A DNA stretch of 64,000 nucleotides from an uncultured Nitrososphaeraceae archaeon (GCA_963729045.1 CAVSMN010000021.1:32001-96000), one strand, 5' to 3'; shown: positions 1 through 12,685, counted from the stretch's first letter. Numbers and translations are program-made. The notes: generated from the sequence alone by a model not told the origin.

Positions 1-163
1 TATTTTGATTTGAGGGTTCCCATTTTTATTAATTATCTTTGATTAAGAAATTTTTTCACGTATAATGACATAATAATTATCAACCAGATTTACGGAAGGG
101 TTTACGAATGAAATTTGTAATATATATGAAATAATAAAGTTGTGGTGGTGGTAGTGGCGGTGG

Positions 164-505
164 TTAGTTTACAATTACTTTTCCTGTCATAGTGGGATGT
201 AATTTGCAATGATAATCAAAAGTACCCGATTGATCGAACATGTATTCAAAAGTTTGATCTGGTCTGAGATCGTCTGAACTAAAAATATCATTATTTTCTG
301 TTACTGTATGAACACCAAAGTCGGTATTATCCATGTGACTGTATCACCTTGGCTTATAGTTATAGGATTTGGATTGTATGCTTTATCTCCTAGTGTAGAA
401 GCATCCGAAACTATTGATACTTCACTATTTGATTGTGCATAGGCAACTGGAATTATAGAGATGACTAATGTCAATGCAATCGATATTAATACGTAACATT
501 TCCAT
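164..505 (-). CDS. Secreted plastocyanin/cupredoxin-family blue copper protein (2 apparent 1-nt indels; absent from ORF track)
   Basis: Manual translation across indels: signal peptide LISIALTLVISIIPVAYA, then AYNPNPITISQGDTVTW..DFGVHTVT..GTFDYHCKLHPTMTGKVIVN*. Type-1 Cu ligands His + C-x2-H-x2-M are present. Confidence 0.9.
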
Positions 506-1510
506 TAGAGTAAAATTCAATCTATTATATTTCCTTTAGTTATTTTCTGTTTTGAGAATGATGTATTCTTAATCCTTGAAATAGTATGAATATAATATCA
601 ATATGTCACACTGGTTCTGCATGAATTATTACTCGAGATGCTCCAGTGTTTTTTGCTTAATGGATATATAATGACCTCATCTTTGATTGAACCAGGGGCA
701 TTTTCCTCTAAAACTTTATCTACATTATCGTTTAGTCCCCTTTGTGTGATTCTATTCTTGTTACCAATGATCCAATTAATTGAGTCATGCAGCTTTAATA
801 GCTACATTCGAGTCTTCCCTGAATCACAATAATACCTTCGGATGAACTAATCCGATCCATATCTGCCTCAGGATCATAATCTATCGCGCCAGTATCATAT
901 TCAGTATAGTTAAACTTTGATATTGCGTTAGACTATCTAGGTTCTGTTTGGTCGACATACGATATCCTACAAATTTACAGGAAATCCACAATCTGTTTTA
1001 CCCATTAGATTACGAAAAGTTGGTACACGCCTCATCTTACAATCTTTCATATCCTTTAATTCAGGTTATTGTCAAACGTTTATTTCCTTCTTGTTCTAAT
1101 AGTATTTGGAATCCAATTATTCTACCGGGATCGATATTGATGCCACTCTGTTCTAGTCAATTACCTGAATTCATCTCAATTGACAAAGTGTTATCTTATA
1201 TATCAAATTCCATGCACACTTGTGGCCTCACTTCACAGTAAGTATTTTTTGTTTTAATGTCCTGGTACTAACTCTTGTTCTCTTCCTGGTATTTCCCAAT
1301 ACTCCGTTCATAATTCGACTGTACTTGGGTATTTTGTATCTATGGTCAAAATATGGCAAAATAACACAACCGTTAAATACCAATTACTATAAATAAGTAT
1401 TAGTAATGAGACAGATTAAAAAAACCTACTTTATTCATAAACAGAACAATGTAGGATTTGAACTTAAAAGGAATTATCTGGAAAGATCAAAACAAGATGG
1501 ATTTATTTAA

Positions 1511-2098
1511 ATGATTCAAAAAATAAGATCCTCCATTAATACCTATGGATTGTTATCCGCTTTTTCCATCTCTATGTTTGTACTGGTAATGTTTGCATTT
1601 GATCATTCAAATTATGCTACAGTATTTTTTATTCCGAACGCATATGCTATCAATAATACTGAGGCAATAGGTGGTCTGGCCACAACTGTTGATTTAGGTA
1701 GTCCATTTTTTGTTCAGAAATATTAGCATGATCCTGAGCCGCCAAAATCGGAATCTGAACCAAATCTTTATGTGAACCATACAAACGATGGAATAATCAA
1801 TGGAAACTTGAGCGTCGTTCATGTGGGAAACGACACTGAGACTCTCAGAAATAATAACACAGTCTATCTCCAAGGTAACTATAGTCTAACGTCTCATAAT
1901 GGTATGGATACGGCAAGTTATAATTTCCAAGGAATAGGTACCTATGGTCCAAACGACACGTACGAAAGTAAGGGCGTGGCAATTTTTGATGAAGTCGCTA
2001 CTGGAAAACTATCATCCCTAGCGAATTCAGTTGCCATCTATAAGGTCAAGGTTGATGCCAATGATAACGGGGCATTTCTTATGTGGCACTGGAAGTAA
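1511..2098 (+). CDS. Secreted beta-rich hypothetical protein, interrupted by an in-frame TAG at 1724-1726
   Basis: ORFs 1511..1726 and 1772..2098 are in the same frame. N-terminal signal peptide. Clear paralogy with 22313..22839 (LGSPF/LGNPF ... G(V/I)AIFD..ATG.LS ... FLMWHW). Confidence 0.75.
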
Positions 2099-2844
2099 GA
2101 TATGTGGCACTGAAAAACTATAACCTAGAATTAAGAGTCAATGCGGGAATGGCACATAAGAGCAGCAAAATATTTCGATACAGTTTAACCAATTGGAGGA
2201 ATGGACCTGGAAACCTCAACTATTACAGGAATAAATAATACGGAAGTGGCCGCCTTTCTTCATAGAATTGTAAAAGCCAGCACACTTTGACTGGCACTTC
2301 ACAATGAAATATTTTTTGTTTTAATGTCCAGATCGTAATACTTGTTATAATTCTGGGATTTTCCCGAAATTCTGTTCATAATTCCAAAGTTATACCACCT
2401 TTAAATTAAATAACGATAGAAGATTAAAATTAAAAAACGGAAGGCTTTCTTGATAACTTTGATGTTTGCATCTATCGAAACGAAGCCGCAGTGTAAATTT
2501 CATCAAATTGCGATATGGTATTAGTTTATTCTATTCCAATGATTTTATAAATCATATAATTACATTTTCTAATAGTTAGTATCTACACCGATAGTTAAAT
2601 ACATCAATACATCAATATATTATTCATTTTTTAATATTTTTTTGGTTAGGTCGTACATATTATGGCGAATATATGAGGTCAAAACCAAAAAGTATAGCAA
2701 GCAATAAATAGCAATCGAAAGAAACGAGCATTACTGATGATACAGAATAATAACTATTACTTTTTTAATAAACAGTACAGTTTAAGAATTGAACATAAAA
2801 GAAATCATTTAGAAAGATCAAAATACTTGGTGGGATTTAATTAA

Positions 2845-4308
2845 ATGGTTAACAAAATAAGGTCCTCTATTAATAGCCGTGGCTTTGTATACACTTTTTC
2901 CATCTCTATGTTTGTTTATGATGATTATGTTTGCATTTGAATCATTCAAATTATAATGCTTTAGCCCAAAATCAATCTTCACCTTTGGCTGGAATGAACT
3001 TTTCAAAGCCTGTAGATGTATATAGTAAAGATGGAGTTTTGAAAACTACACTAGTTGCAGATTACAAGATAGGTCAAGTTGATAACCAGACAATTACTGG
3101 AATGGTCTATAATGGTTCGCTCCGGGGCCCGCTTTCCATGTCTATCCTGGAGATAGAGTTGAAATTGATTTAGTAAACAATCTCAATGAATCTACCAATC
3201 TCCATTTCCATGGAGTTCATGTATCTCCTGGAAATAATTCGGACAATGTATTTCTTGATGTTGCGCCAGGTAAGACACAGCATTATGTTCTCGATATTCC
3301 AAAAGATCACGAACCAGGTACGAATTGGTATCATTCACATTTGCATAAACTTTCTTATGGACAAGTTTCGGCAGGTCTGTCTGGGCTTGTTTATTGTTGA
3401 AGGTTTAGAAAAGTTATTGCCAGAGCCATTACAGAATATCACACAACATACCATTGCCATGAGAGATTTTCCATTTGACAATCTATTCGTTACTACAGAT
3501 GATTTGAGTAATACGATGACAGGCCATGAAAGCCTAACTGTTAACGGTGAAGTCAACCCGACTATCAACATTACATCAGGAGAGACCCAGCTTATGGCGT
3601 CTTGCAAACATCGGTCCTGAGAATGAACTACATATTCCACTGCCTGGCAATACATTCAATGTTATAGCAGAAGATGGAAGCCCAGTTTGGAAGGTGTGGA
3701 ATAATGATACTCTTTTCTTACCTTCTGGAAAACGGTTTGATGTATTGGTGACTGCCAACGGGAGCGGGTCTATTCCATTAGGATCCTGTTAATACCATTT
3801 ACTGCACCATATGATTCACACATTGCGACTGTAAATATACAAGGTAACCAAACCAGATGAAAAACCTGCAGATATCCTTCCAACAAGCTTAATTCCAAAG
3901 AGAGACCTCAAGTAATGCGAACATAACTAATCATAGAGTCCTTAATTTCTCATCAAACGATAGAGATTGGATATACATGATAAATAACACGACCTTTGAT
4001 CCTAACAGAGTAGATATAACAGCGAAGCTTGGAACTGTAGAGGAGTGGAAGTTAGTAAACCTTGATAAAATCTCATCTGGCAATATTCATCCATTTCATA
4101 TCCATGTAAATGATTTTCAGGTAATGTCAGTTAACGGAAAACCATATGACGCTCACGGATACCAAGATACAGTTATTATTCCGACTGAGGAGGTGAAGTG
4201 GTTATTAGGATACCGTTTGATGATTTTGTAGGAAAAACTGTTTATCACTGCCACTTGATGTTCCATGGGGACTTTGGCATGATGGGTATCCTTGAGATCG
4301 TTAAATAG
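2845..4308 (+). CDS. Secreted three-domain multicopper oxidase (laccase/CueO-like), multiple frameshifts
   Basis: All four Cu motifs are readable across frames: TNLHFHG (~3194), WYHSHLH (~3326), HPFHIH (~4088), YHCHLMFHGDFGMM (~4243). Signal peptide from ATG 2845. Confidence 0.9.
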
Positions 4309-4336
4309 GTGATGATGTGATTGGAGATTAGTAAAA

Positions 4337-4894
4337 TGTTTAAGACAAATATATCCCAAAAAGGAAAAACAGTGGCTTTGTTCGTTGTACTAGCCTTTGC
4401 CGTAGCCGGACTTACAGCAGTAACCTTTCTTTCAGATCCGTTTGCGTTAGCGCAAAGCCCCGGAATTGACCCAAATGATTGTTTTAGGTCAAACGTTACA
4501 ATAGATACTTGTCCTACAAACCCAAATATCCAAAGCTCAAAATGACACAACGGATTGTTTTAAGAAAATTGAAGAAACCAAGGTAGGGACTGGCGAAATT
4601 CAAAACTACACAAAAACCGTTCAGAACTTTAACTCCTTATACCTACTAACAACAAAATAACAGCAATAAATGAGAATATTGCTGGAGGTAGCGGTCCAGT
4701 AACTGATATGGATGGCGTATGGGATTTAATGAAAAATCAAACTATGACTCGACAAGATAGACAAATGGTATTGGACGAAGTTAATATTCTCTTGGCAGAC
4801 GCCAAACCCGGGTTTACCAAAATACAAAACGGATGAACTAAGTTTGTGTATCACCACTGAACTCAATTCTTTAGGTCCTGCACTTAACTATTAG
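4337..4894 (+). CDS. Secreted hypothetical protein (frameshifted)
   Basis: Signal peptide ending FALAQ. Reading continues after indels to ...DMDGVWDLMKNQTMTRQDRQMVLDEV...LGPALNY*, followed by a T-tract. Confidence 0.55.
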
Positions 4895-5167
4895 GCCCAC
4901 CCTTTTTTCTATAGACAAGACAATAGCCTGCAAGATTATCATTTCTTTTCATCTATTATTTTTGTCGCGAACCTCGACACTCAAAGAGACTGACCACTGA
5001 ACCTGAATCCCAACAATCAAGATGTTATAATAGTTCCATGTCATTTTTGCCGCCTAGCCCACTCGATTCGCAATTGTATACTGCGTTCAATATCTTGCCC
5101 AATAAAAATCCGAAGTGGGATATATTTAATACACAAACTCTTAAAACTTTTCAAAAATTTATTATAG

Positions 5168-5226
5168 ACTCGTGTGAAATTTAATACTCGTCCAATCGAA
5201 CCATTATACCATACAGAACTTAATCA
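5168..5226 (+). repeat. Dispersed CCACCGAAC-core motif copy (modules A+B)
   Basis: ACTCGTGTGAAATT..CCAATCGAACCATTATACCATACAGAACTTAATC; matches 28579-28640. Confidence 0.7.
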
Positions 5227-5665
5227 TTATAAATCAACTCTTCATTTTGGTAACGATATCCAATAGAAGTCAAGCCAAAAACCCTATCCTAAATTCTTCC
5301 TTTTCACATACAAGAACAAAGTATACAGTATCACAAATAGTAATCAAGTTAAAGACATCTAATACTCTGATTCCGTAATATTTATGTCCTATTAAGTCAT
5401 ATAATCAACTTTTAGACTCTAACACAGACGTTATAATATTTGAATGAAACATAAGCAAAACTATGTCTCAGGCTACCAACTATCAGTAATTCATGGGCTT
5501 ATCATACGATAAAAAGGATAAATAAAATTCATAGTAATTTTTGTTTTGGGTTTATTATTTGCTAGATAATACACTTATCATATTACTTTGTCTTGGCTAT
5601 TCACAGAAGATGATCATTAAACATGACAAAGAGTTTATCAATAATATCGATGTAGAATTGGAGAA

Positions 5666-5890
5666 ATGAAAACATGTGAAATTTGTGGCGGTACAGTATC
5701 ATCTGGAACTACCACCACTATATGTTCATCTTGTACCAGTATTAAAGAATCTACAACGGCTTCAAGAGGTTCTCTTGAAGATCATATATGTGGTTGTATC
5801 AATACAGACAGAAGAAATTGCCCATGGTGCAAGAAACCATGCCATCATGATACATCCTTGAACCCTAAGATATTAATTTCACCAATGTGA
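5666..5890 (+). CDS. Small Cys/His-rich zinc-finger-like protein
   Basis: CxxC...CxxC...HxCxC...CxxC-x3-CHH in 74 aa. GGAG upstream of the ATG. Confidence 0.7.
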   Translation: MKTCEICGGTVSSGTTTTICSSCTSIKESTTASRGSLEDHICGCINTDRRNCPWCKKPCHHDTSLNPKILISPM

Positions 5891-6092
5891 TATCTAGCCC
5901 ACAACTACTTCAGTCCTAATAAGAAATGGTGTTAAACTAGAAAATACCTGCATAATTCTTAAGGATTGGATTTGAGATGTATTAGGTATGGTCATCGTTC
6001 AAAAACATTTACCTTTACCTTCATTCTAATACGACCTCAACGAATCCTCAGTATGTACTTTATCTATTTTTCCTTAATAGTTGAAATGCAAG

Positions 6093-6119
6093 CAAATTTG
6101 GGGTTGTTCCCACCGAAAC
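6093..6119 (+). repeat. Dispersed motif copy (module D)
   Basis: CAAATTTGGGGTTGTTCCCACCGAAAC. Confidence 0.5.
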
Positions 6120-6267
6120 AGCTTACTAACATGGTCTCATGGTAAGAATGCTTTCATGAATTATTCAACCAATAATATAATGAAATGATATCCAGAAAAA
6201 CGCAATTGATTGCAATTGATTACAACAAAAACGTGGACATTATTAGTCCAGATTTTCAATCATTCTT

Positions 6268-6612
6268 ATGAATTTTCAAAACATCAATTCACAACAATAT
6301 ACTGATCAAATGTCGAAACTAACATCGATATTTTCAATTCTTTTTGTTTCCATGTTTATTATGACAATCATTTTGACAGATGATAAAGGGGGCGTAAATG
6401 AGAAATCAATACCAAGACCGCAATTACCAACTTCTGAATCATCATCGACAATCGGAGATGATTTCGAATTAAAAGATCTTACAATCCCGTCACATAAATA
6501 TTTGGATGAATCTAAAATCACAAAGCAGTCAGGAACGAGTTATTTCATATCAAACTATATCAATGCGTGGAAACTAAGTAAAGCAAATTCGGCAATGCAA
6601 ATGATTGTATAA
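6268..6612 (+). CDS. Hypothetical protein with N-terminal TM helix
   Basis: 114-aa ORF with hydrophobic stretch IFSILFVSMFIMTIIL. Confidence 0.4.
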   Translation: MNFQNINSQQYTDQMSKLTSIFSILFVSMFIMTIILTDDKGGVNEKSIPRPQLPTSESSSTIGDDFELKDLTIPSHKYLDESKITKQSGTSYFISNYINAWKLSKANSAMQMIV

Positions 6613-6684
6613 AATGAATAATACGTCTCTTTCAATAGTAGTTATACACATCATGGCGGTACAAACTAGGTAACCATAGTCATC

Positions 6685-6728
6685 AAACCGATGTTATATC
6701 CTAATGATTTTAACCGAACCCGCCTATT
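6685..6728 (+). repeat. Dispersed motif copy (module A)
   Basis: AAACCGATGTTATATCCTAATGATTTTAACCGAACCCGC. Confidence 0.75.
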
Positions 6729-6783
6729 ATACGGGTTATTCTTTAATATATTCGTCATAAAAATATGGATCTTTATGATTTTC

Positions 6784-7019
6784 AGCTCTATTCACTTCAG
6801 CATTTCTAACTCCTTGCTATGATGGTGGATAAATAGTTTCAGCAAATTCTTTGAATGATTAAGTTTGCAGTTTTTCAACCCATAAGGATAGTAGTCATCA
6901 AAACTCTCGGTTTTGTCCTTGATATACTGCATCGTCCTTTCGAGAATGCTTTTCTCGTAAGAGGCATGATTGTGATTGGATATTTGATATTTATATGTTT
7001 TAGTTGTCATCATTTCCAT
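6784..7019 (-). mobile_element. IS6-family (DDE) transposase 3' remnant with degenerate terminal IR
   Basis: EKSILERTMQYIKDKTESFDDYY..KNCKLNH resembles the C-terminus of archaeal IS6-family transposases as I recall them. AGCTCTATTCACTT at 6784-6797 overlaps the stop codon like an IS6 IR. Confidence 0.65.
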
Positions 7020-7829
7020 GATAATGAAAACAAATGAATAGTGCTATGAAAATGAATGCATCTATAACTAATAGGGAAGAATAGTAACAGTATAATATAC
7101 CTAACTACAATTTTCAATGGATATATGATTTGATAATCCATACATCATAAATTTACTTAGTTCATAGTCTCTAGTCTCAAAGGTAATGGTTACCATGAAG
7201 CTTATCATCGATTAAGATTATTATATATCATCTAATTTGACAAAGAAATAATCAGAACAAGAACATATCAAAATTATCAGGATTTGATGATACAATATCT
7301 ATTTTTTCTAATCAAAGTCGTTCACTTCCTTTAAATCCGTACATAGAGGTTATTTAACCTTAAATATTCTGATAGACTCTCTAAAGTTCAAAGGATCTAG
7401 TAATTAAACTGAATAGAACGGATTTTGAATCTGTATTATCCGATGTGACATCCAAAGCGTTTACCCGTAAAATATACTTAGACCACTTTATCATATTTCG
7501 TCAACGGTATTTGCTTTTTGTGTTAACGCTGATGGTTTTAACAATAGACCTCACAGATCTTGTCTTAAACCTCAAAGAACCTAGCTAACTGAAAAGTTAT
7601 ATGAATTGATTCTCCAATGAGAAAGTTACATTCTTAGTTTCTTTATGCTCCCTCTTTTATGGGTGTCTTATCACAAGGTATTCAATTATAAAAAATCGAC
7701 ATTATCACAAGAAATTAATTCATACAAGAAGGATGAATCGGTTTGCACTTACAATATTGTTTGTTTATCCACAAAAGTTTGCTAGACCTTTATCTTTATG
7801 AACAAAGAAAAATAAAGTATTTTTAACAT

Positions 7830-8643
7830 CTAGTTGAGCAGATAGGTTATCTGCACACTGACAGAAACCTCTTGTTGTCCTGGAATTATAGGAGTTGAGG
7901 AAGCTCCAGAAGCAAATGATCTTTGCATAAATTGATCGCTAAAAGGCATGGGGTTGAATCCATCTGTATTAACTGATATTGATTTGATACCTACGATTGT
8001 AGACCCTATTGCCGATGAGGCTATATCTGCATTTTGTTTGGCGTTGCTAATAGCTTGTTGTATTAGTGTATTTTTGACCTTGTCTAACGATTTGTCAGAA
8101 ACTTTAAAATCCACCCCATTAATGGTATTGGCTCCTGCAGTTACAGCAGAATCAATCCATGATGAAATATTATCAAAGTTCGGACTTTGAACTGTCACGA
8201 TGTTAGACACTGTGAACCCAGTTTTTACCATATTTCCTGTTTCTGTAAAATTGAAATTAGGTTGAATACTATATTGAGAAGTACTGATCTCATTTTCTTT
8301 GACGCCATTATCTCTTAAACTAGCGATTATTTCGTTTGCTATTTTCGAGTTTGATGTTACTGCATCAGTGACAGATTCATTTGTAGATTGTACATCCAAT
8401 CGAGATAGTTACCAAATCGGTATTTACTTTGTCCGTTGCAGAACCTGACACAAATAAAGTATTATTGAGAGATGCTGTTTGAGTTTTATTGACTTGGTTA
8501 GAATCCGTGACTTGGGCAAATACCTCAATAGGCTCCATGTACATAACAATAAGAGATACAAATCCCAATCCCAATCCCAAAAATAATAAGATTGTAAGAT
8601 TACTCATATTTCGTTTCAAATTTTTTTCATAATAATTTGACAT
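7830..8643 (-). CDS. SIMPL (DUF541) domain secreted protein, one frameshift near 8399
   Basis: Signal peptide, then VSGSATDKVNTDLVTISI.V..., AVTAGANTINGVDF, AISNAKQNA, PGQQEVSVSVQITY. Confidence 0.85.
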
Positions 8644-9028
8644 CGATTTATTAGAACCTACTCCAATATATAAGAAGACCCTATTTTTTAAGGCTAGACG
8701 AGTCTATAATGAATTCTGAAATCTTCTTTTTATTGATAAATTTTCTTGTGGGTTGTGCTTTTGAATCAACTTTCAACTCGCGCCGTGGCGCTTCTTTTGA
8801 CTTTGTTTAAGAATGACATTGTTTTGACAACGTTTCTAGTCGACAAACCAGGATAGAACAAATGAAGACTAAATTCCAAATCTAATAGAAATGTCTTGCT
8901 TCTTTTAAAAATCATACTAGAGATTGAGCCATTTCAAGGAATAGTTTTGTCGTTAAATTATTAGAGCCACTAAACACATCATATTAAATTATTTGTTTTC
9001 AAAAAACTGGACCTGGCTTAGGCTTTGT

Positions 9029-9310
9029 CTAAAATTTACTTTTAGATCCAATGCTTTCTACATTCGTGTTATCAGTAAAGAAATCTGAAGAATTACTAGT
9101 ATCCTTAAGTAAATCATCTTTGTCGTTATTAGTAAAGTCACTAGATCCTAAGTTATCAGGAGTAAGGTTCTTAAACAAGTTGTATATCTCCTTAGGAGTA
9201 ATCATGTAATATACTTTTGAGTCGTTTATATTCACATCAACAGCAGCTCCCAGATGCATTATAAACATTGAATAAATGATGAGAGATTTTATCAAATTTG
9301 TCTTAATCAA
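9029..9310 (-). CDS. Hypothetical protein
   Basis: 93-aa ORF with hydrophobic N-terminus and acidic tail; no motif recognised. Confidence 0.3.
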   Translation of the reverse strand: MIKTNLIKSLIIYSMFIMHLGAAVDVNINDSKVYYMITPKEIYNLFKNLTPDNLGSSDFTNNDKDDLLKDTSNSSDFFTDNTNVESIGSKSKF

Positions 9311-9659
9311 CTGGAGTATAACTTATGTATGTCAAAGGATAAAAGGTTATCTTGAGTTTTTGCATTAACATTAATACTATTGTCTCTAGAAGCCATTATT
9401 CCTGCAATAACATACTAGACAAAAGCCGGGAATGCGACGAACTGATTATCCACGAATACGAGGATCAAATTAGGAGCCCCAAGAAAAGTATACCAATACT
9501 GTTTCAGACTCAAAGTATCAATATCAATCCTCTACAAGTTCATCCTACGATGACGTCGGATCCCCATCAGGACATATTTTCTAAGATACAACCTTCAAGT
9601 AACTAGAAATAACATGAAAGTTATAAAAGTAGCCATTTCCTTATTGCAATGTTGAAAGA

Positions 9660-11117
9660 TTGAATACAACAAGTCACTTTCAAAGGGCATTGATATTTCA
9701 GGGAGGCGGATCTTTAGGAGCTTATGAGGCTGGCGTTTACAAGGCTACTTATGAATTGCTTTCTGAGAGGGATGTAAAACTGGGTAGGAAAGGAAAACCG
9801 ATATTTCATATTGTAGCTGGTACCTCTATAGGCGCAATGAATGCAGCCGTACTAGTCAGTTATGTAAAAGAGAACAAGAGCTGGCAAGGATCTGCGGATC
9901 GGCTGATTGAATTCTGGGAATATATGGCGACGGAATCCTTTATGGATGCAATTCCAAGTTTTAATGAATGGTGGAATTATTGGCAATATTTTAATAAAGA
10001 TTTGGCATCAAGCGAATCAGCGAGAAGATATTATGACACTAAACAATTCATGCTTAGAGGAGTACCAAATGTATTTACCCTTTCCAAAATGTTGGAAGAT
10101 AGGAGGTTTTTGGATCCTGTTAATACTCAGTATCTTTATAGTAACGAACCGCTCAGAAAGAGTCTTGAGAAATTTGCAAAGTTTCCGATAGCGACCAGTT
10201 ACCAAAATAACGAACCTCGGCTACTTTTGGTGAGCGTCGACGTACAGGAAGGAAGCACTGTAGTATTTGATAGTTACGAAAAGGAGGATGGCACTCGGAA
10301 AACTGAATATGGTCGTTACGGTCCTGAATATGTAAGGGGACCCAATGACCACGGAGGATTTGAGTTTGTAATAAGTCATAATGACGGGATAGAAGTTGAC
10401 TTTGTTCTTGCAAGTGGTTCAGTACCAGTTAACTACGAATATACCAAATTACAGGTCGAAGATACCAATGGTAGTAATCGAATTAAAAGTGGAATCGAAC
10501 AGCAGAAAGAAGAGGTAAATAGTCCTACTACCAAGAAAGTTCGGTATTTTTGGGATGGTGGCATTATAGCAAATACTCCACTTAGAGAGGCCGTTATTGA
10601 ACACCGCAGGTATTGGGCTTCCGTTAGAAAATCTGAAGTACCTCCTCTACGCGTTTTCATAGTTAATGTACATCCAATTAAACAAGACTCCTTACCTACT
10701 GATCATGACTCTCTCGTGGACAGAAAAAATGACTTGACGTATCATGATAGGACCTTATTTGATGAAAGGATGGCGTTACTGATGACCGATTATGTTAACA
10801 TCGCTAATAGCCTCATTAAGCTAGCCGAAGATAACAACGTTAAAAGGTCTTTAATAGATGACATTCTAAAGCGGCAGGCCGATACGAGAAATTTTAGCAC
10901 TGGGAAGCACTTAAAATACGCGGATCTGGTTGAACATATGGTTTCTGTAGAACAGGTAATTAGAATAGAACGCAAGAACGACACACATACGATATCGAAT
11001 AAAACTTTTGATTTCTCAAGCACCACAGTTAGAAATCTAATAAGAGACGGTTATAAAGAAACATTAGAGCAGGAAGCTAAAATACTACAAGTGTGGGACT
11101 CGGAGCACCCAAGATAA
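9660..11117 (+). CDS. Patatin-like phospholipase/esterase
   Basis: GGGSLG oxyanion loop, GTSIG nucleophile elbow, DGG catalytic Asp. Intact 485-aa ORF. Confidence 0.92.
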   Translation: MNTTSHFQRALIFQGGGSLGAYEAGVYKATYELLSERDVKLGRKGKPIFHIVAGTSIGAMNAAVLVSYVKENKSWQGSADRLIEFWEYMATESFMDAIPSFNEWWNYWQYFNKDLASSESARRYYDTKQFMLRGVPNVFTLSKMLEDRRFLDPVNTQYLYSNEPLRKSLEKFAKFPIATSYQNNEPRLLLVSVDVQEGSTVVFDSYEKEDGTRKTEYGRYGPEYVRGPNDHGGFEFVISHNDGIEVDFVLASGSVPVNYEYTKLQVEDTNGSNRIKSGIEQQKEEVNSPTTKKVRYFWDGGIIANTPLREAVIEHRRYWASVRKSEVPPLRVFIVNVHPIKQDSLPTDHDSLVDRKNDLTYHDRTLFDERMALLMTDYVNIANSLIKLAEDNNVKRSLIDDILKRQADTRNFSTGKHLKYADLVEHMVSVEQVIRIERKNDTHTISNKTFDFSSTTVRNLIRDGYKETLEQEAKILQVWDSEHPR

Positions 11118-11214
11118 TATAATATTAACAGTTCCGTATCTATTACGATTATAACGCAATAATTTTTCCAGTTAATCTCTTATTCTTAATTGCTCTTTCC
11201 ATTTCTTAATTTCA

Positions 11215-12685
11215 TTAAGATATCTCTGGCAAGAGCAAAGGGTATAGGTAGATTGTAAATACCGAAATCATAATGATTCCAACAATGGTGAGTACCAATT
11301 CCATTCTTGATCATCTCTTTGACCTGTATTTTGCCTTGTTCATAAACTAGTGCATTAGGAGGAGTCCCCATTGGTAGGAGGAATGCGAGGGAACTAGATA
11401 ATGTGATAGCAGCAAGAAACGGTAATGGGGGCCATTGATTTAATGCAGCCATGCTTGCAACAACGGGTATGAATATAGCTGCCGTTGCTGTATTTGACAT
11501 AGTATTACCTATAATCATTGTTATAGAAACAATAACAATTACTATTACTGGGAAGGGCAGAATACTTAATACTGATAATTTGGTCCCCAGATAGTCAGCA
11601 AGGCCAGATGTTGTAAACGCTAATGACAGGGAAATTCCTGCACCCAGGATAAATAAAACGCCAAGTGGGACTTTTTGCACATCTGACCAGTTCAGAAATT
11701 TTTCAGTTCTATTTTTTGGTATCACAAATAATGATACACCCCCAAAAATTGCAATAACTGCAGTTTCAAGATATGAATCATCACCAGCCCAATATGGAGC
11801 CGCGAACATTAAGATTAAGACTGATAGCAAAATTATTAATGAGGCCTTTTGCTCCCTTGTGATTTTTCCTAATCTTTCTTTTTCAGCGATAATTATCTTC
11901 TTAATGAGGGATTCATCCATTTGCTCCTTTCTTACTTGAGCTGTGAAATATAGGATAGATATCATCAACATTGTAATTGCCAGTGGAGCAGCTACCGAAG
12001 TCCAAGTACCAAATGTGATAGTTTTGCCGAATAACTCGTTTACAATTTCTGCATAGATTAGATTAGGAGGGGATGCAATAAGGGTTGTAATACTCCCAAT
12101 TGAAGAGGAGAATGCAACCCCAAGTAAAAGGCTAACTTTAAACTTTCTACTAAATTTAATACCGTTATCAGATAACAGGGATAGAGTGGCGAAAACCATT
12201 GGAATAATCAAAATAGCTACTGTAGTGCTCATAATAACCGTGGAAATTAAAGCCGTACAAATCATAAAACCAAGTATTATTCTCTTGGGTGAATATCCGA
12301 AAATGTTAATGATTCCTAACGCAATTTTTCGTTGTAAACCGGATTTCTCAACTGCGAGAACGACCAGAAACATCCCCAATAGAAGAATAATTATTGGGCT
12401 CATGTATTCTGCTCCTACGACTCGTAGTGGTAAGACTCCTGTTATAGGAAACAGAGCTAGAGGTAATAGAGCAGTTGCATAGATACTAACAGCTTCGGTG
12501 ACCCACCACACGACAAGCCAAAGTGTTATGCCAGCAACTAGTTTACCTTGATCTGGTAAACCTTCTGGGGCAGGAATAACAAGAAGGATGAAAAACAAAA
12601 CTGGACCTAAAATGAGTCCAATTATCTTAGTCTTGCTTACTTTTGCAGATGGGGAGGAAAGGCTGTTCTGCATCCATGCTAGCAT
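11215..12685 (-). CDS. SLC13/DASS family Na+:dicarboxylate/sulfate symporter (probable frameshift ~11295 near C-terminus)
   Basis: Many TM helices, WWVTEA, SPPN, MSNTATA and PMGTPPNA motifs. The alternate frame gives a final TM helix (LTIVGIIMISVFTIYLYPLLLPEIS*). Confidence 0.9.

Noticed and set aside
638..1241. ORFs 638..832 and 948..1241
   Set aside because: No motifs and atypical composition; one has a TTG start. Probably non-coding or decayed DNA.
1724..1726. Pyrrolysine/amber readthrough at the in-frame TAG
   Set aside because: The paralogue has Glu at this position (GAG to TAG is one change) and no pyl genes are seen; a point mutation or sequencing error is simpler.
2845..4308. Programmed frameshifting or phase variation in the multicopper oxidase and other split genes
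   Set aside because: Too many breaks per gene and no consistent slippery heptamer; assembly error is more parsimonious.
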